Of a stretch of DNA of 64,000 bases, positions 45,276 to 54,435 are shown in pieces. Each line of letters opens with the position of its first letter. Position 1 is the first letter of the stretch. A program made the translations under genes and the position numbers. The DNA is taken from the NCBI GenBank assembly GCA_026708285.1, contig JAPOVF010000270.1, positions 94 to 64,093 on the forward strand, read 5' to 3'. The notes below the pieces were generated by a model. The model worked only from the letters and a program-made list of their open reading frames with translations, searched no databases and was not told the origin of the DNA. The stretch comes from Acidobacteriota bacterium. Its GTDB lineage: Bacteria > Acidobacteriota > Thermoanaerobaculia > Multivoradales > Multivoraceae.

Positions 45276-46280
45276 CTACTGCGGCGGACCGGCCAGAACC
45301 GGCGCCCAGGCCGAGGGCTCCTTCGGATCGAGAGGCAGGTCCGCTTGCGGCGGCAGCTCTTCCCCGACCATCCAGGTCCAGCACTGCGGATTCGCGACCA
45401 ACTCCTTGAGCAGCTCGTAGTGAAGCAGGTGGCCGCCGCGCAGGATCTCGAAGTGGCCCCAGATCGGTGCGCCCAGCAGGGTGAAGTCGCCGATCGCATC
45501 GAGTGCCTTGTGACGCACCGGCTCGTCGGCGAAGCGCAGGTCGGTGTTCACCGCTCCCTTGTCGTCGAACACGATGCAGTTGTCGACGGAGCCGCCAAGA
45601 CCCAGTCCGGCCCGCTGCATCTTCTCGACATCCACCTGACGGCAGAACGTTCGTGCCGGCGCGAGGTCGCGCTCGAAGCTGGCCCGATCGACTTCCATCT
45701 GCAGCCGTTGCCGTCCGACGGCGCAGCCCGGGAAATCGATCGTGTAGTCGAGGCGCAGTCCCGGGTAAGGGGAAGCGCGGAGCCACTTGTCGCCGCGCTT
45801 GAACTCGAGCACCGAGGTCATCGCCACGATCCGCCGGTCGGCGTTCTGCCGGCGAATCCCGGCCGCCTGCAGGAGCAGCAGGTAGGGCATCGCCGAACCG
45901 TCCAGGATCGGCACTTCGGGGCCGTCCATCTCCACGACCAGATTATCGATGCCGAGGGCGTAGACCGCGGCGAGCAGATGCTCCACGGTCGACACGGTGA
46001 CATCGTCGCGGCCGAGTGTCGTTGCCAGCTCGAGGGAACTGACGTCCTTGAGGTCCGCCCGGACCTCGACGCTGCCGGCATCCGTGCGGCGGAACCGGAT
46101 CCCGCTGCCGGCCGGTGCCGGTAGGATCCGCAGGTTGGTTTCCTTGCCGGTGTGGATGCCCACTCCCGAGATGGCGGTGGGCCGGCGGATCGTCTGCTGG
46201 CGGAAAAGACGGTCGCGGGTGCCGTCGGATCGGAAGGAACGGCCTGGATTCCCGTTCGCTCCATTGGCGCTCCTACCCAT
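45276..46280 (-). CDS. lpxC: UDP-3-O-acyl-N-acetylglucosamine deacetylase
   Basis: QQTIRRPTAISGVGIHTGKETNLRILPAPAGSGIRFRRTD...STVEHLLAAVYALGIDN...EPVRHKALDAIGDF. About 25 aa N-terminal and 40 aa C-terminal extensions relative to the E. coli layout I recall. Confidence 0.88.
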   Translation of the reverse strand: MGRSANGANGNPGRSFRSDGTRDRLFRQQTIRRPTAISGVGIHTGKETNLRILPAPAGSGIRFRRTDAGSVEVRADLKDVSSLELATTLGRDDVTVSTVEHLLAAVYALGIDNLVVEMDGPEVPILDGSAMPYLLLLQAAGIRRQNADRRIVAMTSVLEFKRGDKWLRASPYPGLRLDYTIDFPGCAVGRQRLQMEVDRASFERDLAPARTFCRQVDVEKMQRAGLGLGGSVDNCIVFDDKGAVNTDLRFADEPVRHKALDAIGDFTLLGAPIWGHFEILRGGHLLHYELLKELVANPQCWTWMVGEELPPQADLPLDPKEPSAWAPVLAGPPQ

Positions 46281-46553
46281 CGGCGGGTTGACTGAGCAGG
46301 GATCGTGCCAGCCGCTTCGAGTACCGGTGCGGCCTGTTCAAGTTCCCATGATTTCAAGGGTTTCTCTGGCTCTTCGCCATCGGCCTGTTCCCCTTGCGGC
46401 TGGTTCCTGCGGCCGGGACTGTGGCGCGTTTGCCACACATCTGTGGCGCCTCGACCGCACGGCTGCGGTTCGTCGCAGGGGTAGACTCCGGCAAGCGTCA
46501 AGCGGCAGTCCGTGGACCCGGGTGCCGCGCGAGATGCCTGGGGATGAACACGC

Positions 46554-47087
46554 ATGGCCAAGCGCACCAACCGACACTCCCCGGCGGGCAGCCGGCCTCT
46601 GGCGGTGAATCGAAAGGCGAGGCGGCAGTACCGGGTGCTGGAGCGCATCGAGGCAGGCATCGAACTCCTGGGCACTGAGGTCAAGTCGATTCGCGGCGGC
46701 AAGATCCAGTTGCGGGACAGCTACGTCGCCTTCCGGAACCACGAGGCCTGGCTGGTGGACGCTCACATCTCGGCCTACAGTCACGGCAACCGGGAGAACC
46801 ACGAGCTGGAACGGCCGCGGCGGCTGCTCCTGAACCGGCGCGAGATCGACCGTCTCTTCGGGCGCACCCGCGACCGGGGCCTGACGGTGGTTCCGCTTTC
46901 CGTCTACCTGAAGGCAAACTGGATCAAGGTCGAGCTGGCTCTTGCCGAGGGCAGGAAGTTGCACGACAAGCGGCAGCGCGAGCGCGAGAGGACCCTCGAT
47001 CGGGAGGCCCGCGAAGTGTTCCGCGGGCGGCGGCGGATGCGCGCCGGCTCTTCCGGGCAGGGGAAGTCCGGGGAGCGCGGCCCGTGA
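46554..47087 (+). CDS. smpB: SsrA-binding protein
   Basis: [40 protein letters not shown]...[13 protein letters not shown]...[12 protein letters not shown]. Confidence 0.92.
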   Translation: MAKRTNRHSPAGSRPLAVNRKARRQYRVLERIEAGIELLGTEVKSIRGGKIQLRDSYVAFRNHEAWLVDAHISAYSHGNRENHELERPRRLLLNRREIDRLFGRTRDRGLTVVPLSVYLKANWIKVELALAEGRKLHDKRQRERERTLDREAREVFRGRRRMRAGSSGQGKSGERGP

Positions 47088-49930
47088 GCGGCAAGAAGAT
47101 CGTCGTTCGGGGCGCCCGCGAGCACAACCTGAAGAACATCACGGTCGAGATCCCGCGCGACCAACTGGTCGTGGTCACGGGCGTGTCGGGCTCCGGCAAG
47201 TCCTCGCTCGCCTTCGACACGTTGTTCGCCGAAGGGCAGCGCCGGTACGTCGAGTCGCTCTCGGCCTACGCCCGCCAGTTCCTGCACCAGGTCGAGAAGC
47301 CGGACGTCGAGTCGATCGAGGGTCTGTCGCCGGCGATTTCGATCGAGCAGAAGTCGGTGTCGCGCAACCCCCGGTCAACCGTCGGCACGGTCACCGAGAT
47401 CCAGGACTACCTGCGGCTGCTGTACGCCTCCGTGGGCGTACCTCACTGCCCGGAGTGCGGCAAGGAGATCCGGCCCCAGACCGTGCAGCAGATGGTGGAT
47501 CGGGTTGCCGCGCTGCCGGAGGGCACGCGCCTGCTGCTTCTCGCTCCCTACGTCCGGGGCAAGAAGGGCGAGTACCGCCGCCAGCTCGAGCAGATGGTCC
47601 GCGAGGGCTTTCTGCGCGCCCGCATCGACGGCGAACTCGTCGAACTCTCGGGGGATCTGCCGGCGCTGGACAAGAACAGGAAGCACACGATCGAAATCGT
47701 GGTCGACCGGCTGGTCACGCGACCCGGGATCGAACAGCGGTTGGCCTCCTCCTTCGAGACCGCGCTCGAGGTGGGGCGCGGGTTGCTCATCGTGGCGCCC
47801 CAGGGTCTGCCCGAGGAAACGATGTCCCAGCACTACGCCTGCGCCGACTGCGGCTCCAGCCTGGCGGAGATCTCCCCGCGCCTGTTCTCGTTCAACAGTC
47901 CCTACGGCGCCTGCCCCGAGTGCGGCGGCCTGGGCTCTTCGATGGCCGTGGACGAAGAGCGGATCCTCGACGATCCGCGCAGGTCGATCAAGGCAGGCGT
48001 GCTACGGCCCTTCCCGACGACTTCCAGTTCGTGGCGATTGCGGATGCTCAGGACGGTGGCGGCTGAGCTCGGCTTCGACCTCTCGACCCCCTGGTGCGAG
48101 TTGTCGGAGGAGGCGCGGCAGGTCGTGCTCTACGGCTCGGGCAGCCGGGAGATCGCGTTCGAGATCAAGGGGCGGCGGTCCTCCTACCAGTGGCGGGGGC
48201 GTTATGAGGGCGTGGTGCCGATGCTGACGCGGCGCCACTCCGACACGGCGTCGCCCGGTGTGCGGGCCGAGATCGAGAAGTACATGTCGGTCCGGACCTG
48301 CGGCTCGTGCGCGGGCCGCAGGCTACGCCCCGAGGCGCTGGCGGTGACCGTCGCCGGCCGTTCGATCGACGACCTGACCTCGATGCCGATCGGCGACCTG
48401 CGGCGGGTGGTCGGCGGTCTGGGGCTGACCACGAAGGAGCGGCAGATCGCGGGCAAGATCCTGCAGGAGGTGGAAGATCGGCTGACGTTCCTCGAGGACG
48501 TCGGGCTCGGTTACCTCCATCTGGACCGGACTTCGGGGACTCTCTCCGGAGGAGAAAGCCAGCGGATCCGGCTGGCCACCCAGATCGGCAGCAAGCTGCA
48601 GGGCGTGCTCTACGTGCTGGACGAACCCTCGATCGGCCTGCACCAGCGGGACAACGCGAAGCTGCTCAGAACGCTCAAGGGAATGCGCGACCTCGGCAAC
48701 TCGGTCCTGCTGGTCGAACACGACGAGGAAACGATGCGCGAGGCGGACTGGATCGTCGACCTGGGGCCGCGAGCCGGCGAGCACGGTGGCGAAGTGGTGG
48801 CGGAAGGGCCGCTCGCCGAGGTCGAGCAGGCGCAGGGCTCGCTCACCGCGTCCTACCTGCGTGGAGAGTCGGAGGTGCCGGTGCCTGAGGGACGGCGGCC
48901 GGGCAACGGGAGCTGGCTCGGCATTCGCGGCGCCCGCCAGAACAACCTGGTCGACCTCGACGTGGACCTGCCGCTGGGATGCTTCATTCTGGTCACCGGG
49001 GTGTCGGGCTCCGGCAAGAGCAGCCTGGTCAACGAGGTTCTCTACAAGGCGCTGGCAAGGGCCTTCTACCGCGCCGCCGACGCGCCCGGAGACCATGACC
49101 GGATCGAGGGCCTGGAGCATCTCGACAAGGTGATCGCGATCGACCAGAGCCCGATCGGCCGGACGCCGCGCTCGAACCCGGCGACGTACACGAACGTCTT
49201 TACGCCGATTCGCACCCTGATGGCGAAGACCACGGAGGCGCGAGCGCGCGGCTACAAACCGGGCCGGTTCAGCTTCAACGTGAAGGGCGGACGCTGCGAG
49301 GCTTGCGCCGGCGATGGCCAGAACAAGATCGAGATGCACTTTCTGCCCGACGTCTACGTCACCTGCGACATCTGCGGCGGCCTGCGCTACGACCGGGAGA
49401 CCCTTCAGGTCCGCTACAAGGACAAGAACATCGCGGACATTCTGGCGATGAGCGTGGAGAACGCGCGGAGCTTCTTCGCCAACATCCCGGCCATCGACCG
49501 CATCCTCTCGACGCTGGACGAAGTGGGACTTGGGTACATCCGGCTCGGCCAGCCCGCGACCACGCTCTCGGGCGGCGAGGCGCAGCGGGTGAAGCTGGCG
49601 ACCGAACTCTCGAAAAGGGCAACCGGACGCAGTCTTTACCTGCTCGACGAGCCCACCACGGGTCTCCACTTCGACGACGTGCGGCGCCTCGTTGCCCTGC
49701 TGCAACGACTCGTCGACCGGGGCAACACGGTGCTGGTCGTGGAGCACAATCTGGACGTGATCAAGAATGCGGACTGGATCGTCGACCTGGGGCCGGAGGG
49801 CGGTGCCGGTGGAGGCCGGGTCGTGGCGGCAGGGACCCCGGAGCAGGTCGCGACCTCCGCCGAAAGTCACACCGGGGCTTTCCTGCGCCGGGTGCTGGCG
49901 GCGCGAACCCCGGTGCGAAGGGCGAGCTGA
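47084..49930 (+). CDS. uvrA: excinuclease ABC subunit A
   Basis: GTG 47084 overlaps the smpB stop (GTGA). [40 protein letters not shown], zinc modules CxxC, second [10 protein letters not shown], two LSGGE signatures. Confidence 0.95.
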   Translation: MSGKKIVVRGAREHNLKNITVEIPRDQLVVVTGVSGSGKSSLAFDTLFAEGQRRYVESLSAYARQFLHQVEKPDVESIEGLSPAISIEQKSVSRNPRSTVGTVTEIQDYLRLLYASVGVPHCPECGKEIRPQTVQQMVDRVAALPEGTRLLLLAPYVRGKKGEYRRQLEQMVREGFLRARIDGELVELSGDLPALDKNRKHTIEIVVDRLVTRPGIEQRLASSFETALEVGRGLLIVAPQGLPEETMSQHYACADCGSSLAEISPRLFSFNSPYGACPECGGLGSSMAVDEERILDDPRRSIKAGVLRPFPTTSSSWRLRMLRTVAAELGFDLSTPWCELSEEARQVVLYGSGSREIAFEIKGRRSSYQWRGRYEGVVPMLTRRHSDTASPGVRAEIEKYMSVRTCGSCAGRRLRPEALAVTVAGRSIDDLTSMPIGDLRRVVGGLGLTTKERQIAGKILQEVEDRLTFLEDVGLGYLHLDRTSGTLSGGESQRIRLATQIGSKLQGVLYVLDEPSIGLHQRDNAKLLRTLKGMRDLGNSVLLVEHDEETMREADWIVDLGPRAGEHGGEVVAEGPLAEVEQAQGSLTASYLRGESEVPVPEGRRPGNGSWLGIRGARQNNLVDLDVDLPLGCFILVTGVSGSGKSSLVNEVLYKALARAFYRAADAPGDHDRIEGLEHLDKVIAIDQSPIGRTPRSNPATYTNVFTPIRTLMAKTTEARARGYKPGRFSFNVKGGRCEACAGDGQNKIEMHFLPDVYVTCDICGGLRYDRETLQVRYKDKNIADILAMSVENARSFFANIPAIDRILSTLDEVGLGYIRLGQPATTLSGGEAQRVKLATELSKRATGRSLYLLDEPTTGLHFDDVRRLVALLQRLVDRGNTVLVVEHNLDVIKNADWIVDLGPEGGAGGGRVVAAGTPEQVATSAESHTGAFLRRVLAARTPVRRAS

Positions 49931-49948
49931 GGAGGGCCGGGGGGAAGC

Positions 49949-51442
49949 GTGGCCGCCTCGAGCCCATCCTCGGATCTGGCCGGTCGCAGGCAACGCCTGC
50001 AACTCGAGACGCTGTACGACCTGGTCGTGGCGCTCTACTCTCACGAGTCGGAGCAGGGTCTGCTCGACGACCTGTTGCAGCGAGTGTGCGCGGCGGTCGA
50101 TCCGGCGGCCGCGGCCGCGGTGACCCGGGACCGCTTCGGCGTCGCCCGCGCCGCCGCGACGGTGGGCTTCGGCAGCCGTCCGCCGTCCGCCGAGACTCTT
50201 CTTGCCGGTCCCCTGTGGCACGACCTGCTTTCCCGGGACGAAACCGTGGCCCGTAGCGACGGAAAGCTGGCGGACCGCGAGTTTCGCTCCCTGGTGGCGG
50301 CGCCGCTCAAGTCGCGCGACGCCCTGCTCGGCTTCGTGGCGGTGCTCGACAAGGAGGCGCGCGGCGCCGGCGCGTCAGGGTTCAGCGAAGGCGACCGGCG
50401 CTTTCTTCGATCGGTCGCTGCGCTGGCCGGTGTCGCGCTGGACGGTCTGCGCCAGGTCGAACGTCTGGTCACCTCGCGCGAGCGTCTGGCGGAGGAGAAC
50501 AAGCTCCTCAAGGAACGCCTGGATGACCTCGCGGAGGTCGGGGGGCAGCGGATCGTGGCCTACGCGCCGGCCATGCGGCGCATCCTGGAGGTCCTCGACC
50601 GGGTCGCGCCTCGCAGCGTCAGCGTCCTGCTGCGGGGCGAGAGCGGCACCGGGAAGGAACTGATGGCGGCGCTCCTGCACGGGCGTTCGGAACGCTCCGG
50701 ACCCCTGGTGGCGGTCAACTGCGCCGCCCTTCCGGAGAGCTTGCTCGAGAGCGAGCTGTTCGGTATCGAGGGCGGCGTGGCCACCGGCGTGCGGGCGCGC
50801 CTGGGCCGCTTCGAACTGGCCGACCGCGGCACGCTCTTCCTCGACGAAGTGGCCGATCTCGATGTCGCTTCGCAGGTCAAGCTGCTGCGCGCGCTCCAGG
50901 AGCGCGAGATCGTCCGCGTCGGCGGGCACCAGGCGATCCCGGTCGATACCCGTGTCGTCGCGGCGACCCACCAACCCCTGGAGCAGCTCGTGGCCGAGGG
51001 TAGCTTCCGGGAGGACCTGTACTACCGCCTGAAGGGGATCAGCGTCGAGTTGCCGCCGCTGCGCGAGCGGCGCCGGGACATCCCGCATCTCGTCCGGCAT
51101 TTCACGGAGCGCTTCTGCGACCGCGAGGCGGTCGAGCCGCCCCAGTTTGACCGCGGCGCCCTGAACCTGCTCCTGGCGCACGACTATCCCGGCAATGTCC
51201 GTGAACTTCAGAACATCGTCGAGGGAGCTGTCTCCCTGGCCGACGGCGTCGTCGACGCGTCGCTGATTCAGTCGTTGATCGGAGGTGGGGACTCTGGCCC
51301 ACAGGGTCCCGAACCGCTCGATCTGGAGACCGTCAAGCGCCGCCATGTGCGGAGGGTGATCCGCATGACCGGGGGCAACAAGAGCGCCGCGGCGAAACTG
51401 CTTGGCGTGCACCGCCGGACGCTGTCGCGCGGCCGCTTCTGA
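49949..51442 (+). CDS. GAF-domain bacterial enhancer-binding protein (AAA+ / Fis HTH) with a degenerate GAFTGA loop
   Basis: GTG 49949. GAF-like N-terminus (LLGFVAVLDKE...). GESGTGKE Walker A, TLFLDEV Walker B, GNVRELQN. The loop reads ELFGIEGGVATGV instead of GAFTGA. C-terminal HTH GGNKSAAAKLLGVHRRTL. Confidence 0.85.
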   Translation: MAASSPSSDLAGRRQRLQLETLYDLVVALYSHESEQGLLDDLLQRVCAAVDPAAAAAVTRDRFGVARAAATVGFGSRPPSAETLLAGPLWHDLLSRDETVARSDGKLADREFRSLVAAPLKSRDALLGFVAVLDKEARGAGASGFSEGDRRFLRSVAALAGVALDGLRQVERLVTSRERLAEENKLLKERLDDLAEVGGQRIVAYAPAMRRILEVLDRVAPRSVSVLLRGESGTGKELMAALLHGRSERSGPLVAVNCAALPESLLESELFGIEGGVATGVRARLGRFELADRGTLFLDEVADLDVASQVKLLRALQEREIVRVGGHQAIPVDTRVVAATHQPLEQLVAEGSFREDLYYRLKGISVELPPLRERRRDIPHLVRHFTERFCDREAVEPPQFDRGALNLLLAHDYPGNVRELQNIVEGAVSLADGVVDASLIQSLIGGGDSGPQGPEPLDLETVKRRHVRRVIRMTGGNKSAAAKLLGVHRRTLSRGRF

Positions 51443-51676
51443 TCCCTCCGCCAGCGGCGAGACGCGATCGGGGCATCTTGCCCCAATAAGAGCCATAATG
51501 TCCCGATCGTGGGTCAGGTATGGCTTCTTGTCGGACTCCAACCGACCGCGAGGGTCGATTCGGCCTCCCGTTGGGACATGTTGCCGCGCCCCGAGCTCCG
51601 GGTCGGTTCGCCCCCGTCTCGCGGAAAGCCCTGTCAGGCCTCAAATCCTGGCTCCAGCGGCCCGCCGCCCCCATGT

Positions 51677-51692
51677 TGGCAGCGGACTTGCT
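51677..51692 (+). promoter_or_regulatory. sigma-54 (-24/-12) type promoter candidate
   Basis: TGGCAG-CGGAC-TTGCT compared with consensus TGGCAC-N5-TTGCW. GG and GC elements have correct spacing. Lies in a 283-nt intergenic gap, 34 nt upstream of ATG 51726, which has AGGGAGG at 51711-51717. Confidence 0.6.
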
Positions 51693-51725
51693 CGTGGGAA
51701 GGGAAATCGAAGGGAGGTCGGCGTG

Positions 51726-51944
51726 ATGGTAGGGTCGCAGTTCAGTTTTTTGGACCGTGGAGGCGCTGCCGCGTCTGCCTCCGGGGCGGGGGTTCTGTCC
51801 AGTTTCCTGGACTGGGTCTTCACTTCGGTTCCGGCCGGCGTGTTCTGGTCTTCTGCGGTTGTCGCGAGTTTCGTATGGTTTCTGCTGAACGATCAAGTGC
51901 ATCCCGCGGTGATCTACTGTCTGAAGCTGTTTCTAACCGCCTAG
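51726..51944 (+). CDS. small (72 aa) predicted membrane protein, no recognised family
   Basis: Strong SD (AGGGAGG, 8-nt spacer) and ATG. One hydrophobic helix VFWSSAVVASFVWFLL. Many T-ending codons (agt, ttt, tct, gtt, cat, tgt), unlike the GC3-rich neighbours. It is the 3' part of track ORF 51402..51944. Confidence 0.5.
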   Translation: MVGSQFSFLDRGGAAASASGAGVLSSFLDWVFTSVPAGVFWSSAVVASFVWFLLNDQVHPAVIYCLKLFLTA

Positions 51945-51987
51945 CGGCGCCGGCACCGTCGCCCCGGCGCGCTCCGCTTGTTCCTCC

Positions 51988-52431
51988 ATGTCTGAGTTCG
52001 GGGTACTCGAAGAGACCCATCTGACGTTCAGGCTCGCGCCTGACATGGAGCTCAAGGCGCGTGCGAGCGCCTGCGCGGTGGCGAAGTCCATACGGATGAG
52101 CACCGACAAGGTCGAGGAAGTGGGCATGGCGGTCGTCGAGGCGTGCATCAACGCGATCGAACACAGCGGGGCCGCAGACGGCAAGCTGCATCTCGAGTTG
52201 GCGGTGCTGGGGCCGGCGGAAGCCGACGATCCGCGGGTGCTGCGGATCACGATCCAGGACCAGGGAGTTGGATTCGATCCCGCCAAGGTGGTACAACCGA
52301 GAATCGAAGACAACCTCAGGTCCATCCGCAAGCGGGGATGGGGCTTGAGGATCATCGAGGGCTTGATGGACGAGGTGAACGTGCTTTCCGGTGAGGGCGG
52401 CACATCGGTCGTCATGTCGAAGGCGCGCTGA
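51988..52431 (+). CDS. anti-sigma regulatory factor / serine protein kinase (RsbW/SpoIIAB-like, HATPase_c_2)
   Basis: N-box VVEACINAIEH, G1 IQDQGVGFD, G2 RKRGWGLRII. 147 aa. Confidence 0.8.
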   Translation: MSEFGVLEETHLTFRLAPDMELKARASACAVAKSIRMSTDKVEEVGMAVVEACINAIEHSGAADGKLHLELAVLGPAEADDPRVLRITIQDQGVGFDPAKVVQPRIEDNLRSIRKRGWGLRIIEGLMDEVNVLSGEGGTSVVMSKAR

Positions 52432-52460
52432 CGAATGCGCGAGGGAGTTGGATCGGGTCG

Positions 52461-52820
52461 ATGACCGAGGGTCTGAAGTTGGACGTGGAACGCCGCCCGG
52501 ATTTGGCGGTCATCTACACGGACGGTTACATCAACAACCAGGGGGGCGAGGAGATCGCCGAGGCCGCCTACGCCCTGCTGGACGACGGCTACCGATCGCT
52601 CCTGCTCAACCTCCAGGGCACGAAGATCGTCAACTCGATCGGCATCTCGATCCTGATCGAGATCATCGAGAAGATGCTCGAGGTGAAGGGGCGTCTGGCG
52701 TTCTGCAACCTCACGCCGACGATCGATAAGACGTTCCACATCATGGGTCTGGCCCAGTACGCGACGATCTATCCCGACGAGCAGGCGGCTGTCAGTGAGC
52801 TCCAGTCGGGCGCGTCCTGA
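52461..52820 (+). CDS. STAS-domain anti-sigma-factor antagonist (RsbV/SpoIIAA-like)
   Basis: 119 aa. LLLNLQGTKIVNSIGISILIE holds the conserved phosphorylatable Ser context ([DN]SxG). C-terminal FHIMGL. Confidence 0.78.
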   Translation: MTEGLKLDVERRPDLAVIYTDGYINNQGGEEIAEAAYALLDDGYRSLLLNLQGTKIVNSIGISILIEIIEKMLEVKGRLAFCNLTPTIDKTFHIMGLAQYATIYPDEQAAVSELQSGAS

Positions 52821-54435
52821 CTCTCCAGCCAGCCGGCCCGCGGGTGTCGGCGAACTCTGGCGCCTGGCGGCGTCGGCGGACATCACGGAGTGGGAGAGCG
52901 GTGCGGTCCAGACGCGGCTGGTAAGGCAGTGGTGCCGGGAGCATGGATTGGCCGGCGCCCAGATCTACCGCCGGGACGGGGGACCGGTCGCTTCCTGGGG
53001 CGTTCTCGGTAAGGAAGAGACCCGTCTGGAGCACGACCTGGTCCTCTACTACGCCCTCGACGACGAGGCCGGCGGCAGCGGCGCGAGCGCCGGCCGCGAA
53101 GCCACCGTGCCGCCCGTGGGAACCGAACTCGCAGGTATCCTGGCTGTTGGCCTGCGGCTGCGCGAGCTGGCGGACGAACTGAAGGACCGGAAGTTCCACG
53201 ACAACTACAACGTGGTCACGCTGCAGGCGGTCTACGATGTCGGACTGGCGATCGCCTCGACCCTGAACCTGGAGGAGTTGACCGAGGAGATCCTGCTCCG
53301 CGCCGTGTCGCTGCTCGACGCCCGGCGCGGCGCCTTCTACCTGCGGGACGCGGAAGGCAGGCTGGCGCTGGCCGGAACGATCGGCGGCGGCGCGCGTGAG
53401 GTGATCGATGCGCCCCCGGCCACGAGCTCCGACGGAGCCGCCCTCGAGGAAGCGGCGGTGGGCGTCATTCCGGCCGCCGAGCACTCCCTCGCCGTGCCGA
53501 TCGAAGGCGACGGCGGCAGCGGCAACGTCGGCCTGCTGGTGGTCGCCGACAAGGAGAGCCGAACCGGAATCGGGCCCTTCGCGGCCCCGGACCGCCGGGC
53601 GCTCTCCCTGTTCGCGAACCAGGCGGCCATCGCGCTGACCAACGCGAACCTCCATCGCCAGGCCCTCGAGAAGGAGCGGCTCGAGCGCGAGGTGGAACTC
53701 GCGGCCGAGATTCAACAGGGCATCCTGCCGTCCGACATGCCGAGCGTCGGCTGCTTCGAGACCGTGGGCTGGAGCCGGCCCTCGCGCCAGGTCGGGGGCG
53801 ACTACTACGGCTCGTTGCAGTTCGCCGGTTCACGCCGCGGGATGGTGGTCGCCGATGTCACCGGCAAGGGGATGCCGGCGGCCCTCCTCGTCTCGACCCT
53901 GGACTCGGCGCTACGCCTGCTGATCGACGACGCGCGTCCCGGCCGGCAAAGCGCCCCCGTGGAGGTCTCGGCCGAGCTCGTGGAGCGGCTCAACAAGCAC
54001 ATCGTCGAGTCGAGCGCGCCGAATCGCTTCATCACCCTGATCCTGGTGGAGGTCGATCCGGAGAACCGCTCCGTGCGCTACGTCAACGCGGGACACAACC
54101 CGGGGCTACTGGTGCGTCGCGGCGGCGAAGTGACGCCGCTTGGCGCGAGCGGCTTGCCGCTTGGACTCCTGCCCAGTGCGACGTACCGGGTCGATGCGGT
54201 GGAGATGGAACCGGGCGACCTGGTCTGTCTCTACAGCGACGGCATCACCGAGTGCGAGTCGACGGCGGATGAAGAGTACGGGCAGGAGCGCCTCGAGACG
54301 TTCCTGCGGGAACGGCGCGACCGGCCGCTGTCCGAGATCGTCCGGGCCATCGACGAAGAGGTCAGCCGTTTCGGGGCCGGTCTGCCGCAGGGGGACGATC
54401 AGACGGTCGTGCTGATCCGCTGCCGGGCACCCTAG
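52795..54435 (+). CDS. GAF-domain PP2C (SpoIIE/RsbU-type) serine phosphatase
   Basis: GTG 52795 overlaps the STAS gene by 26 nt. GAF-like segment (LLRAVSLLDARRGAFYLRD...). PP2C motifs VGGDYYG, VVADVTGKGMPAALL, YVNAGHNP, CLYSDGITE, DDQTVVLIR. Confidence 0.85.
   Translation: MSSSRARPDSPASRPAGVGELWRLAASADITEWESGAVQTRLVRQWCREHGLAGAQIYRRDGGPVASWGVLGKEETRLEHDLVLYYALDDEAGGSGASAGREATVPPVGTELAGILAVGLRLRELADELKDRKFHDNYNVVTLQAVYDVGLAIASTLNLEELTEEILLRAVSLLDARRGAFYLRDAEGRLALAGTIGGGAREVIDAPPATSSDGAALEEAAVGVIPAAEHSLAVPIEGDGGSGNVGLLVVADKESRTGIGPFAAPDRRALSLFANQAAIALTNANLHRQALEKERLEREVELAAEIQQGILPSDMPSVGCFETVGWSRPSRQVGGDYYGSLQFAGSRRGMVVADVTGKGMPAALLVSTLDSALRLLIDDARPGRQSAPVEVSAELVERLNKHIVESSAPNRFITLILVEVDPENRSVRYVNAGHNPGLLVRRGGEVTPLGASGLPLGLLPSATYRVDAVEMEPGDLVCLYSDGITECESTADEEYGQERLETFLRERRDRPLSEIVRAIDEEVSRFGAGLPQGDDQTVVLIRCRAP

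Noticed and set aside
46295-46310. Sigma-54-like motif TGGCAC-GATCC-CTGCT on the minus strand just upstream of lpxC.
   Set aside because: The GC element is only 16 nt from ATG 46280. That would leave a leader of about 5 nt with no SD. A TGGCAC-N5-NTGC match is expected roughly once by chance in a window of this size and composition. It is worth remembering only if TSS data support it.
46281-46553. Possible tmRNA (ssrA) next to smpB.
   Set aside because: I could not find a GGGG...-type acceptor 5' end, a tag reading frame or a tRNA-like 3' end (TTCGA...CCA) in the gap. The gap is also shorter than a typical tmRNA of about 350 nt.
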